This document shows positions 40,366 to 49,508 of a stretch of DNA of 64,000 nt, one piece after another (positions within the stretch are counted from its first letter, which is position 1; every line of letters starts with the position of its first letter). The notes under the pieces were generated by a model. That model was not told the origin of the DNA and made no database searches. It saw only the letters and a list, made by a program, of their open reading frames with translations. The translations under genes and the position numbers were made by a program. The DNA comes from Spirochaetia bacterium (lineage in GTDB: Bacteria > Spirochaetota > Spirochaetia > SZUA-6 > Bin103), in NCBI GenBank assembly GCA_965203515.1, contig OZ241907.1:4032001-4096000 (forward strand). Reading direction: 5' to 3'.

Positions 40366-41349
40366 ATGGCTGTTTCCAAGCCCCCCGTCGGGCCGCCTCG
40401 CCCCGACACGGCTGTCGCGCCGCCGGCGGCGCCGGAGTTCCCCGGCTGCACGCCGGTCCATCTGCCGGCAGAGGAGCTCGAACGCAGCGACCAGCGGTTG
40501 GAGTATTGGGACGGCGCTACCGAAACCGCCTGGATCTGCGAACCGGTCAGCCCCTGTCACGAGCGGCCCTCCGGCCGCCTGACCCGGTTCACGGAGCGGA
40601 TCGCGCAGGTGCGCGGCGCGCCGATCGAAAGCTACGGCTCGATGGACCTACGGCAGCACGACGGGCCGCGCAGCATCATGCAGGCCGACGAGTCGGTGTA
40701 CCTGCATCCGGGCAGCGCCCGCCTGCCGGGGCCGGCAGCGATGGTGATTGGCGTGGACGACTATCCGGACGTGGTGCTGGAGGTCGACCACACCACCGAC
40801 GTGCGGCGCGGCAAGCTGGGGTTGTACGAGTCGTGGGGATTCCCGGAGGTATGGGTGGAGGTGCCGGACGAGGCCGCTCCGAGCCGCCCGCGGAGCCGGC
40901 GTCCGGGGCTGACGATCCACGTGCTGAAAGATGGCGCGTACCGGGCGGCGCCGGAGAGCCGGGCGTTTCCGAGGTGGAAGGCGGAGGAGATCCACGCGGC
41001 GTTGAACGAACCGATGCTGTCGGCGCAGACCAGCGCGATACTGGAGCGGGTGGGGAGGGCGCTCGGCGAGCGGGAGGGCACCGGACCGGATCACGATCCG
41101 CTGCTGCGGTCGCAACGGCGCCGGGGATTCGAGCGCGGCCTGGAGCAGGGGCGGGCGGAGGAGCGCGCGCGGCTGTGCCGGCAGGCGGCGCTGAAGTTCG
41201 ACGACGACACGGCGCAACGGCTCGCAGTGCTGCTGGAGCAGACCGCCGATCCGGACCGCTTGGCGCAGGCCGGCGTCCGGATCATCGAGTGCGCGACCGG
41301 AGCCGAGCTCCTCGACCGGGTAGCAGGCAACACCGCCCGCCGGACGTGA
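40366..41349 (+). CDS. Uma2-family endonuclease (second copy)
   Basis: MAVSKPPV..., close paralog of 37728-38699. Confidence 0.8.
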   Translation: MAVSKPPVGPPRPDTAVAPPAAPEFPGCTPVHLPAEELERSDQRLEYWDGATETAWICEPVSPCHERPSGRLTRFTERIAQVRGAPIESYGSMDLRQHDGPRSIMQADESVYLHPGSARLPGPAAMVIGVDDYPDVVLEVDHTTDVRRGKLGLYESWGFPEVWVEVPDEAAPSRPRSRRPGLTIHVLKDGAYRAAPESRAFPRWKAEEIHAALNEPMLSAQTSAILERVGRALGEREGTGPDHDPLLRSQRRRGFERGLEQGRAEERARLCRQAALKFDDDTAQRLAVLLEQTADPDRLAQAGVRIIECATGAELLDRVAGNTARRT

Positions 41350-41379
41350 CCCGGCGGGGCCGGTATCTCCTGGGAGGCA

Positions 41380-43353
41380 ATGCGGTATCTCTCGACGGCG
41401 CTCCGCATGGGCTTGGTCCTCGGTCTGGCGGCCGCGCCGTCCGGCATGCTTGGCGCCGCGCCCTCCCTGCGGCCGGCGGCCCCGCCGGCACTGGCCGCGG
41501 TCCTGCGCCACAGCGCGTCGGTCAGTGAGCGCAACGCGCTGATCGTCGAGGTGCGGGTGGCGCTGGCGCGCGCGGCGCGGGTGTTCGTCGAGTACGACAA
41601 CCCGCAGGCCGGCCGCTACCGCACGCCGCTGAGCGAGCCGGGCGCGGCGCACGCCATCCCGCTCGTCCGGCTGCGCCCGGAGACGACCTACGACTACGCC
41701 ATCTTCGTGGCGGAGGGCTCCGCGGCGAACGGCGCGGATGCCACGCCCGAGGCGGGCGGCCGGTTCACCACCGGCCCGCTGCCGCGGCGCCTCGCCGCCA
41801 TCGCGATGCAGGTGCGCGGCAGAAGCTCGCAGCCGCTCATCCTGTCCGATTACCGGCGCGGCGACGGCCGCGGGTACTTCCTGTTCTGGGATGAAGTGGG
41901 CGCAATCGTCTGGTACTACGCTACCACCGAGAAGTTTCATCTGAGCCCCATCACTCAGTTGCCGGACGGCAACTTCCTCTACCTGGACCGCGAGCGGATC
42001 ACCGAGATCACCCCCTTGGGTGAGATCTTCACCCGGATCGAGCAGGGCGGCGCCGCGGGGATTCCGCACCATGAGGTCACCCTGCTCGCCGATGGCCGCG
42101 TGATCTACCCGAGCCGGGAGTTCGTCGTCATCGACGACTCGGCGAACGGCGGGCCGGCGGAAGTTACCTTCGGAATCGACACGCTGCGCGTCTGGGACCG
42201 CGCGAGCGGAGGCATCGCACAGGTCTGGGACCCTCGGGAGGCATGGGACATTCGCGACCCGGCCCAGCGCGTGCCGGACCCGAACGGCGACGTTACCAAT
42301 TGGATACACCTGAACTCGGTGAGCATCGGTCCGCGCGGCAACCTCATCATCTCGTCCCGCGCGCGCAGTCAGGTCGTCTCGCTCAGCGCCGACCTGCAGG
42401 CGATCGAATGGCAATTGCACGGGCCGGCCAGCGATTACGAGTTTCCGAACCGGAACGACCGGTTCTACCGGCAGCACACCGCGGCGCAGCTCGACAACGG
42501 CAACGTATTGCTGTTCGACAACGGCTCCGGGCGGCCCGACGCCGAAGGCGGCGCCTACTCGCGCGCGCTGGAACTGCGGCTGGACGCGGCGGCCGGCACC
42601 GCGGTGAAGGTGTGGGAATACCGGCCGACGCCGGACATCTACTCGGCGAGCCAGAGCAGCGCCTATCGGCTGAGCAACGGCAACACGCTGATCAACTTCG
42701 GCGTGAGAACCGCCACCAGGGCACTCGACACCTTGCCGCTGACCGTCGTCGAGGTGGACGCGGCCGGCAACGAGGTGTTCCGGGTCGATACCCGGCAGTG
42801 GTATGAATTGCGCCCGCGCTACCCGCGGCGGTACCGGGCCTACGGCGGCATCGAGTCGATCAGGGGCGAAACCATGCTGCGCCCGCCGGCGTCGGCGCCC
42901 GAGCCGTTCGATGACGATTACTACTTGGCGCAGGAGCTGGCCGGGTTCCGCGAACTGGAGGCCGCCCTGGAGGGCCGGCGGCGCGCCGCCGGGGGGGTGT
43001 TCGACCTGTATCTGGCCGGGGACCGGCTGGTGTACGCGAAGGAGCCCTGCGCGCGGGCCGATTTCCGGGCGCAGTTCTTCCTGCACGTCTTCCCGGCCAG
43101 CGAAGACGATCTGGCCTCCGATGGCGATCTGGCCTCCGATGGCGATCTTGCCTCCGGCAGCCGGGAGCAGGGATTCGAAAACCTCGATTTCTCGTTCCCG
43201 GACCGGGGAACGCTGTGGGAAGGCGCGTGTCTGGCGGCCGTGACGCTCCCGGAGTACGAGATCGCCCGCCTCCGCACCGGCCAGTTCATCAGCCGGGAGG
43301 GCGAGCTCTGGAGTGCCGAGATTGCGCTGCCGGGCACGGCGCGGCAGCCGTGA
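41380..43353 (+). CDS. ASST-like protein (copy 5)
   Basis: RBS ggagg, signal peptide, PHHE, WIHLNS, SSR, RQH and the C-terminal module. Confidence 0.82.
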   Translation: MRYLSTALRMGLVLGLAAAPSGMLGAAPSLRPAAPPALAAVLRHSASVSERNALIVEVRVALARAARVFVEYDNPQAGRYRTPLSEPGAAHAIPLVRLRPETTYDYAIFVAEGSAANGADATPEAGGRFTTGPLPRRLAAIAMQVRGRSSQPLILSDYRRGDGRGYFLFWDEVGAIVWYYATTEKFHLSPITQLPDGNFLYLDRERITEITPLGEIFTRIEQGGAAGIPHHEVTLLADGRVIYPSREFVVIDDSANGGPAEVTFGIDTLRVWDRASGGIAQVWDPREAWDIRDPAQRVPDPNGDVTNWIHLNSVSIGPRGNLIISSRARSQVVSLSADLQAIEWQLHGPASDYEFPNRNDRFYRQHTAAQLDNGNVLLFDNGSGRPDAEGGAYSRALELRLDAAAGTAVKVWEYRPTPDIYSASQSSAYRLSNGNTLINFGVRTATRALDTLPLTVVEVDAAGNEVFRVDTRQWYELRPRYPRRYRAYGGIESIRGETMLRPPASAPEPFDDDYYLAQELAGFRELEAALEGRRRAAGGVFDLYLAGDRLVYAKEPCARADFRAQFFLHVFPASEDDLASDGDLASDGDLASGSREQGFENLDFSFPDRGTLWEGACLAAVTLPEYEIARLRTGQFISREGELWSAEIALPGTARQP

Positions 43354-45248
43354 GGTATCCGGCGCTCCGCATGAGCTTGATCCTCGGTCTGGCGGCCGCG
43401 GCCGGCGTGCTCGGCGCCGCGCCGCCGGAGGCGCCGGCCGCGGTCCTGCGGCACGGCGCGTCCGTGAGCGAGCGCAACGCGCTGATCGTCGAGGTGCGGG
43501 TAACGCTGGGGCGCGCGGCGCGGGTGTTCGTCGAGTACGACCACCCGCAGGCCGGCCGCTACCGCACGCCGCTGAGCGAGCCGGGCGCGGCGCACGCCAT
43601 CCCGCTCGTCAGGCTGCGCCCGGAGACGACCTACGATTACACCATCTTCGTGGTGGACGGCGCCGCGGCGGCCGCCGGGCCGCGCGGCCGGTTCACCACC
43701 GGACCGCTGCCGCTGCGCCTCGCCGCCATTCCGATGAGGGTGCACGGCAGAAGCTCGCAGCCGCTCATCCTGTCCGATTACCGGCGCGGATACTTCCTCT
43801 TCTGGGACGAGGTGGGCGCAATCGTCTGGTACTACGATGCGCCCGATACCAGGTCGTTCCAGCCCAGCGCCATCGCGCAGACGCCCGCCGGCACCTTCCT
43901 CTTCCTGGACCGCGGGAGGGGTCTGGTCGAGATCACCCCATTGGGAGAGGAGGTCAACCGGTTGGAGCGGGACGGCGCAACGGGGATACCGCACCATGAG
44001 GTCACCGTGCTCGCCGATGGCCGCGCGATCTACCCCAGCCGGGAGCTCGTCGTCATCGACGACTCGGCGAACGGCGGGCCGGCGGCGGTCACGTTTACGA
44101 TCGACAATCTGCGCGTCTGGGACCGCGCGAGCGGACAGGTCGAGCAGATCTGGGACTCCAAGGAGGCCTGGGATCTGCTCGACCCGGCGCAGCGCCTGCG
44201 CAGCCCCGGACCCGGAGTCCCGTTCGGTTGGACGCACCTCAACTCGGTGAGCAGCGGCCCGCGCGGCAACCTCGTCCTGTCGTTCCGCGATCGCAATCAG
44301 GTGGTTTCGCTCAGCGCCGACCGGCGGGCGATCGAATGGCAGCTGAACGGGCCGGACAGCGATTACGAGTTCCCGGACCCGAATGACCGGTTCTACGGAC
44401 AGCACACCGCGGCGCAGCTCGACAACGGCAACGTACTGCTGTTCGACAACGGCCGGGGGCGGCCCGCGGCGGAGGGCGGGCGCTACTCGCGCGCGCTGGA
44501 GCTGCGGCTGGACGAGGCGGCCGGCACCGCGGTGAAGGTGTGGGAGTACCGGCCGACGCCGGACATCCACTTGACGGGCCGGGGCAGCGCGTACCGGCTG
44601 AGCAACGGCAATACCCTGATCAACTTCACCCGGGGCGACCAGGAAGGCAACCGCTCCGTGGTGGAGGTGGACGCCGCCGGCAACGAAGTGTTCCGGGTCG
44701 ATACCCTGCACTGGCATGCCCCGCGCGCGAGCTTTCCGACGCGGTACCGGGCCTACGGCGGCAGCGAGGCGATCATGGGCGAGACCATGCTGCGGGCGCC
44801 GGCCGCGGCGCCCGCGCACGCGCATGCCGCGACGTTCGCGCCGGATTACTACCTGGCGAAGGAACGGGCGAGGTTCCGGGAGTTGGCGGCGGTCCTGCGC
44901 GGCCGGCAGCGCGCCGCCAGCGGGGCGTTCGACCTCTATCTGGCAGGGGGGCGGCTGGTATACGCGAAGGAGCCCTGCGCGCCGGAGGATGTCCGAGCGC
45001 GCTTCTTTCTACACGTCTTCCCGGCCGCCGAAGACGATCTGGCCGCCGATGGCGATCTGGCCTCCGGCAGCCGGGCGCAGGGATTCGACAATCTCGATTT
45101 CCTGTTCTGGACCCACGGCGTGCTCCGGGACGGCGCCTGCCTGGTGGCCGTGACGCTGCCGGACTACGCGATCGCCCGCATCAGGACCGGACAGTTCAGC
45201 GGGGACGAGCTCTGGAGCGTCGAGTTCCCGGCGCCGGCCGGCGAATGA
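43350..45248 (+). CDS. ASST-like protein (copy 6; GTG overlaps the upstream stop, in-frame ATG 43371)
   Basis: Signal peptide, PHHE, WTHLNS, SFR, GQH and the C-terminal module. Confidence 0.82.
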   Translation: MRYPALRMSLILGLAAAAGVLGAAPPEAPAAVLRHGASVSERNALIVEVRVTLGRAARVFVEYDHPQAGRYRTPLSEPGAAHAIPLVRLRPETTYDYTIFVVDGAAAAAGPRGRFTTGPLPLRLAAIPMRVHGRSSQPLILSDYRRGYFLFWDEVGAIVWYYDAPDTRSFQPSAIAQTPAGTFLFLDRGRGLVEITPLGEEVNRLERDGATGIPHHEVTVLADGRAIYPSRELVVIDDSANGGPAAVTFTIDNLRVWDRASGQVEQIWDSKEAWDLLDPAQRLRSPGPGVPFGWTHLNSVSSGPRGNLVLSFRDRNQVVSLSADRRAIEWQLNGPDSDYEFPDPNDRFYGQHTAAQLDNGNVLLFDNGRGRPAAEGGRYSRALELRLDEAAGTAVKVWEYRPTPDIHLTGRGSAYRLSNGNTLINFTRGDQEGNRSVVEVDAAGNEVFRVDTLHWHAPRASFPTRYRAYGGSEAIMGETMLRAPAAAPAHAHAATFAPDYYLAKERARFRELAAVLRGRQRAASGAFDLYLAGGRLVYAKEPCAPEDVRARFFLHVFPAAEDDLAADGDLASGSRAQGFDNLDFLFWTHGVLRDGACLVAVTLPDYAIARIRTGQFSGDELWSVEFPAPAGE

Positions 45249-45316
45249 GCGTATGAGAGCCGCGCGGCGTTCGGCTATCATGGCCGGACCGTGACCGCGA
45301 CGCATCGAGACGCGCC

Positions 45317-46864
45317 ATGACGCGCGGGAAGCTGCCGATCGGCATTCAGACCTTCCGCAAGCTCCGCGAGGACGACTGCTACTACGTCGACAAGACCGCC
45401 TTCATCCTCCGCTTGACGCGGGAGGGCAAGCACTACTTCCTGTCGCGCCCGCGGCGGTTCGGCAAGAGCCTGCTGGTCGACACCATCAAGGAACTGTTCG
45501 AGGGCAGCGAGGAACTGTTCCGCGGCCTGCACGTGCACGACCACTGGGAGTGGTCCAAGCGCCGCCCGGTGGTGCGGCTCGACTTCAGCGGCGGCGACTA
45601 CTCGGAGCCGGACGGTCTGCAAGAAGACTTGGCCGACCAGTTGACGGCGCTCGAGACGGCCGCCGGCGCGAGCCCGCGCAGCGCCGCGGCGCCGATCCGC
45701 TTCCGGCGCCTGCTCGAGGAGCTGCACCGGAGCGCCGGCAGGCGGGTGGCGGTGCTGATCGACGAGTACGACAAGCCGATCCTGGACGCGCTGGGGACGC
45801 CGGCGGTCGCGGCCGCCAACCGCCGCCTGCTGCGCAGCCTCTACTCGAACGTGAAGTTCGCCGACGCGCACATCCACTTCACGCTGCTCACCGGGGTGAG
45901 CAAGTTCTCCAAGGTCAGCGTCTTCTCCGGCCTCAACAACCTGATCGACATCACCCTGGAACCGGAGTTCTCGGCGATCTGCGGCTATACCGAGGCCGAC
46001 CTGGACACGGTGTTCGCGGCGGAGTTGCCGGGCCTGGACCGGGACGAGATCCGCGACTGGTACAACGGCTATAGCTGGCTGGGCGAGGAGCGGGTCTACA
46101 ACCCGTTCGACATCCTGCTGCTGTTCCGGCGCCGCGCGTTCGCGGCGCACTGGTTCGAGACCGGCACGCCGTCGTTTCTGATCGACATTCTGATCGAGCG
46201 CGGCGTCGCCTCACCGGAGCTGGACGGGATGCTGGCCGGCGGCGACCTGCTGTCCGCTTTCGACGTGGAGGAGATGGAGCCCGAGGCGCTGCTGTTCCAG
46301 ACCGGCTACCTGACCATCCGCAGCGTCGAGAACTCGACTCGCGGCCCGCGCTACCGGCTCGGCTATCCCAACCGTGAAGTGCGGCTCGCTCTGAACGAAC
46401 GCCTGCTGCGGGCGCTGGCGCCCGTAGCGACTCGCCGGCTGACACAGGACACGGCACTGGAGCGGCTGCTGGAGACGAACGACTTCGCCGGGTTGGAGCG
46501 GCTGTTCCGGGCGTTCTTCGCCGGCATCCCGTACGAGTGGCACACGCGCAACGACATCGCGCGCTACGAGGGCTATTACGCGAGCGTCTGCTACTCCTGG
46601 TTCGCGGCGGTGGGGCTGGACGTCACGGTGGAGGATTCGAGCAGCCGCGGGCGGGTCGATCTGGCGGTGCGGTACCGGGGCAACGTCTATCTGTTCGAGT
46701 TCAAGGTGGTGGAGCTGGCGCCCGAAGGGGCGGCGCTGGCGCAGTTGCAGGCGCGCGGCTACGCCGACAAGTACCGCGCGCTGGGCGAACCGATCCATCT
46801 GCTCGGCGTGGAATTCAGCCGCGAGGCGCGCAACATCGCCGCCTTCGAGGTGGCCTGCGCCTGA
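45317..46864 (+). CDS. AAA-ATPase-like + PD-(D/E)XK nuclease protein (copy 6)
   Basis: Same motifs as copy 1. Confidence 0.9.
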   Translation: MTRGKLPIGIQTFRKLREDDCYYVDKTAFILRLTREGKHYFLSRPRRFGKSLLVDTIKELFEGSEELFRGLHVHDHWEWSKRRPVVRLDFSGGDYSEPDGLQEDLADQLTALETAAGASPRSAAAPIRFRRLLEELHRSAGRRVAVLIDEYDKPILDALGTPAVAAANRRLLRSLYSNVKFADAHIHFTLLTGVSKFSKVSVFSGLNNLIDITLEPEFSAICGYTEADLDTVFAAELPGLDRDEIRDWYNGYSWLGEERVYNPFDILLLFRRRAFAAHWFETGTPSFLIDILIERGVASPELDGMLAGGDLLSAFDVEEMEPEALLFQTGYLTIRSVENSTRGPRYRLGYPNREVRLALNERLLRALAPVATRRLTQDTALERLLETNDFAGLERLFRAFFAGIPYEWHTRNDIARYEGYYASVCYSWFAAVGLDVTVEDSSSRGRVDLAVRYRGNVYLFEFKVVELAPEGAALAQLQARGYADKYRALGEPIHLLGVEFSREARNIAAFEVACA

Positions 46865-46887
46865 CGCTCCGCCCCAGCGGCGCCGGC

Positions 46888-49311
46888 GTGGTCGAAGCGG
46901 GGGGACCTGCCATCACACTGAACCGCCGACCGCCGCAACTGTCGCAGGATACGCCTCGGCGGCTGCCCTGGCGCGACGCGCTCATCGCGCTGATCGCGTT
47001 CGCGGCGGTGGGCGCCGCCCTCCTCGACGACTACGGCGTGTCGATGGACGAGTCCGCGCAGCGCAGCTACGGCCAGGCGGCGATCGCCTACGTGCTGGGC
47101 GACGCCGGCGCCCTGCCGACCGACCACAACCGGTACTACGGAGTCGCGTTCGAAGCGCCGCTGGTACTGGTCGAGCGGCTGCTCGGCCTCACCGACAGCC
47201 GCGCCGTCTACCTCAGCCGCCACCTGCTGACCCACCTGTTCTTCCTCACCGGCGGCTTCTTCTGCTGGCTGCTGACCTTCCGCCTGTTCCGCGACCGCCG
47301 CTTGGCGCTGTTCGCCCTGCTGCTGTTCCTGCTGCAGCCCCGCCTGTACGCCCACTCCTTCTTCAACACCAAGGACATCCCCTTCCTGACGATGTTCATG
47401 ATCGCGCTCTATCTGGTGCAGCGCGCCTTCCGCCGCGACACCGCCGGCGCGTTCGCGCTCTGCGGGCTGGGCGTGGGCGTGCTGGTCAACCTGCGCGTCA
47501 TGGGCCTGCTGCTGTGCGCGGCGGTGCCGGCGCTGCGGGCGCTCGACCTGATACAGGCCGGCGGGCCGGCGGAGCGGCGGCGGGTGCTGGCGACCGGCGG
47601 GGCGTTCCTGCTGGCTGCGGCGGCGACCCTGTACGCGGTCTCTCCCTACCTCTGGCGCAACCCGCTGGAGCTGGCCGACGCCGTCGTCACGCTGGCGCAA
47701 CACCCGGCCCGCATTCGGACGCTGTTTCAGGGCACGGTGGTGCGCTGGCCGGAGATTCCTCCGCACTACCTGCCGACCTGGATGGCGATCACCACGCCGC
47801 CGGCGGCGCTGCTGTTGAGCCTGGCCGGGATCGGCGCCGTGCTCGCGCGCGGCCTGACCCGCCCGCGCGCCGCCCTCCGCAACACCCCCGTCACGCGCTT
47901 CGGGGTGCTGCTGGTCGCTTGTCCGATTCTGTCGATCGCGGCCGTCATCGCGGTCAACGCCAACCTCTACAAAGGCTGGCATCACATGTACTTCCTGGCC
48001 GCTCCGCTGTGCCTGCTGGCGGTCTACGGCCTGCGCCGGCTGCTGGCCGCCGCGCACCGGCGGCGGTGGCTGCGGCGCGGCATCTACGCGCTGGCCGCGG
48101 CGGGCGTGGCCGCGGCCGCGGTCGAGATGGCGCTGATCCACCCGCATCAGATCGCGTACTTCAACTTCCTGGTCGACCGCCGTACCCCGGAGTACCTGCG
48201 CACCCGGTACGAGATGGAGTACTGGGGTTCAGCGTACCGCGAGGGGCTGGAGTATCTGCTCCGCCACGATCCGCAGGCAGCCATCCACGTCGTTGCGCAG
48301 AGCGACTGGAGGCGCGCGCACGTCAGAAACAACCTGCGCATTCTCCCCGCGGCCGAACGCCGCAGGATCGTCTTCACCGACCGCGCGCACGACGTGGCCG
48401 ACCATCCCTACTACGTCATCACCAGTCATACCCGCGCCGATCACTTCCGCAGATTCCCGCTCTCGCCGGTGGTATACGCGCGCCGCATCTACCACAACAC
48501 CATCCTCACGGTGGCGACCCTCGACCCGTCGCCGGGAGGCGATACCGCCGCCGCGGCCTTCCGGGCAGCGGACCGCGCCGCCCGGTCGGGGGAGCCGACC
48601 GCCAGTTCGCACTTCGACCTGTATCTCGACGGCGCCACGCTGACCTACGTCAAGGACCGGTGCGCGCCGGAGGACGTGCAGGAAAAGTTCTTCCTGCACG
48701 TCTTCCCGGCGGACCCCGCCGATCTGCCCGCCTACCAGCGGGCGATGGGGTTCGAAACCCTGGACTTCTATCTCTGGGAGGGCGGCGTGCGGCGCGGCGG
48801 CGCCTGCGTGGCGGTCGTGGCGCTGCCCGACTACGAGTTCACGCGCATCCGTACGGGGCAATTCGTGCGGGATGGAGTCGGATCGCAACTCTGGAGCGTG
48901 GCGTTCGCGGCCGGACCAACCGCGCAACGCTATCGGCAAGCGCGCGCCGAGATTCGTTCCGGCGCCTGGGGAGCGCCGGCCGCGCGCGGGACCTTCGATC
49001 TCTATCTCGCCGGAACCGCGCTGGCGTACTACAAGGAGCCGTGCGCCGCGGAGGACCTGCGGGAGCGGTTCTTCCTGCACCTGATTCCGGCGGACGCGGG
49101 GGACCTGCCGCCGGAACATCGGCCTTACGGCTTCGAGAACGTCGGCTTCTACTTTCGGGAATACGGGGCGCGGCTGGGCGAAGCGTGCGTGGCGCTGGTG
49201 CCGTTGCCGGAGTACGCGATCGCCCGCCTCGGCACCGGCCAGTTCATCAGCGGGCAGGGCCAGCTCTGGAGCGCGGAGATTGCGGCGCCGGCCGCGGCGC
49301 AGGAACCGTAA
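46888..49311 (+). CDS. GT-C membrane glycosyltransferase (copy 6; probable GTG start 46888)
   Basis: PWRDALIALIAF, DDYGVSMDE, FFNTKDIPF and two C-terminal modules. Confidence 0.8.
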   Translation: MVEAGGPAITLNRRPPQLSQDTPRRLPWRDALIALIAFAAVGAALLDDYGVSMDESAQRSYGQAAIAYVLGDAGALPTDHNRYYGVAFEAPLVLVERLLGLTDSRAVYLSRHLLTHLFFLTGGFFCWLLTFRLFRDRRLALFALLLFLLQPRLYAHSFFNTKDIPFLTMFMIALYLVQRAFRRDTAGAFALCGLGVGVLVNLRVMGLLLCAAVPALRALDLIQAGGPAERRRVLATGGAFLLAAAATLYAVSPYLWRNPLELADAVVTLAQHPARIRTLFQGTVVRWPEIPPHYLPTWMAITTPPAALLLSLAGIGAVLARGLTRPRAALRNTPVTRFGVLLVACPILSIAAVIAVNANLYKGWHHMYFLAAPLCLLAVYGLRRLLAAAHRRRWLRRGIYALAAAGVAAAAVEMALIHPHQIAYFNFLVDRRTPEYLRTRYEMEYWGSAYREGLEYLLRHDPQAAIHVVAQSDWRRAHVRNNLRILPAAERRRIVFTDRAHDVADHPYYVITSHTRADHFRRFPLSPVVYARRIYHNTILTVATLDPSPGGDTAAAAFRAADRAARSGEPTASSHFDLYLDGATLTYVKDRCAPEDVQEKFFLHVFPADPADLPAYQRAMGFETLDFYLWEGGVRRGGACVAVVALPDYEFTRIRTGQFVRDGVGSQLWSVAFAAGPTAQRYRQARAEIRSGAWGAPAARGTFDLYLAGTALAYYKEPCAAEDLRERFFLHLIPADAGDLPPEHRPYGFENVGFYFREYGARLGEACVALVPLPEYAIARLGTGQFISGQGQLWSAEIAAPAAAQEP

Positions 49312-49328
49312 GACCGGCGGATGAGCGG

Positions 49329-49432
49329 ATGAGAGCCGCGCGGCGTTCGGCTATCATGGCCGGACCGTGACCGGGGTGGAGTTCAGCCGCGAGGCGCGCA
49401 CCATCGCCGCCTTCGAGGTGGCCCGCGCCTGA
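49329..49432 (+). pseudogene. Ends-only AAA unit: palindrome and leader fused to the last ~60 bp of the gene
   Basis: ggaccgtgaccg|gggtggagttcagccgcgag...gcctga. Confidence 0.85.
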
Positions 49433-49508
49433 CGCCCCGCCCCGGCGCCGGCGTGGTCGAAGCAGGGGGCCTGCCATCGCACTGAACCGACCGCCGCTAC
49501 TGCCGCAA

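Noticed and set aside
13648..46887. Long N-terminal extensions in the ORF track (13648, 38192, 39943, 43215, 46537)
   Set aside because: They overlap upstream genes in another frame; paralog comparison places the starts at about 14239, 38696, 40366, 43350 and 46888
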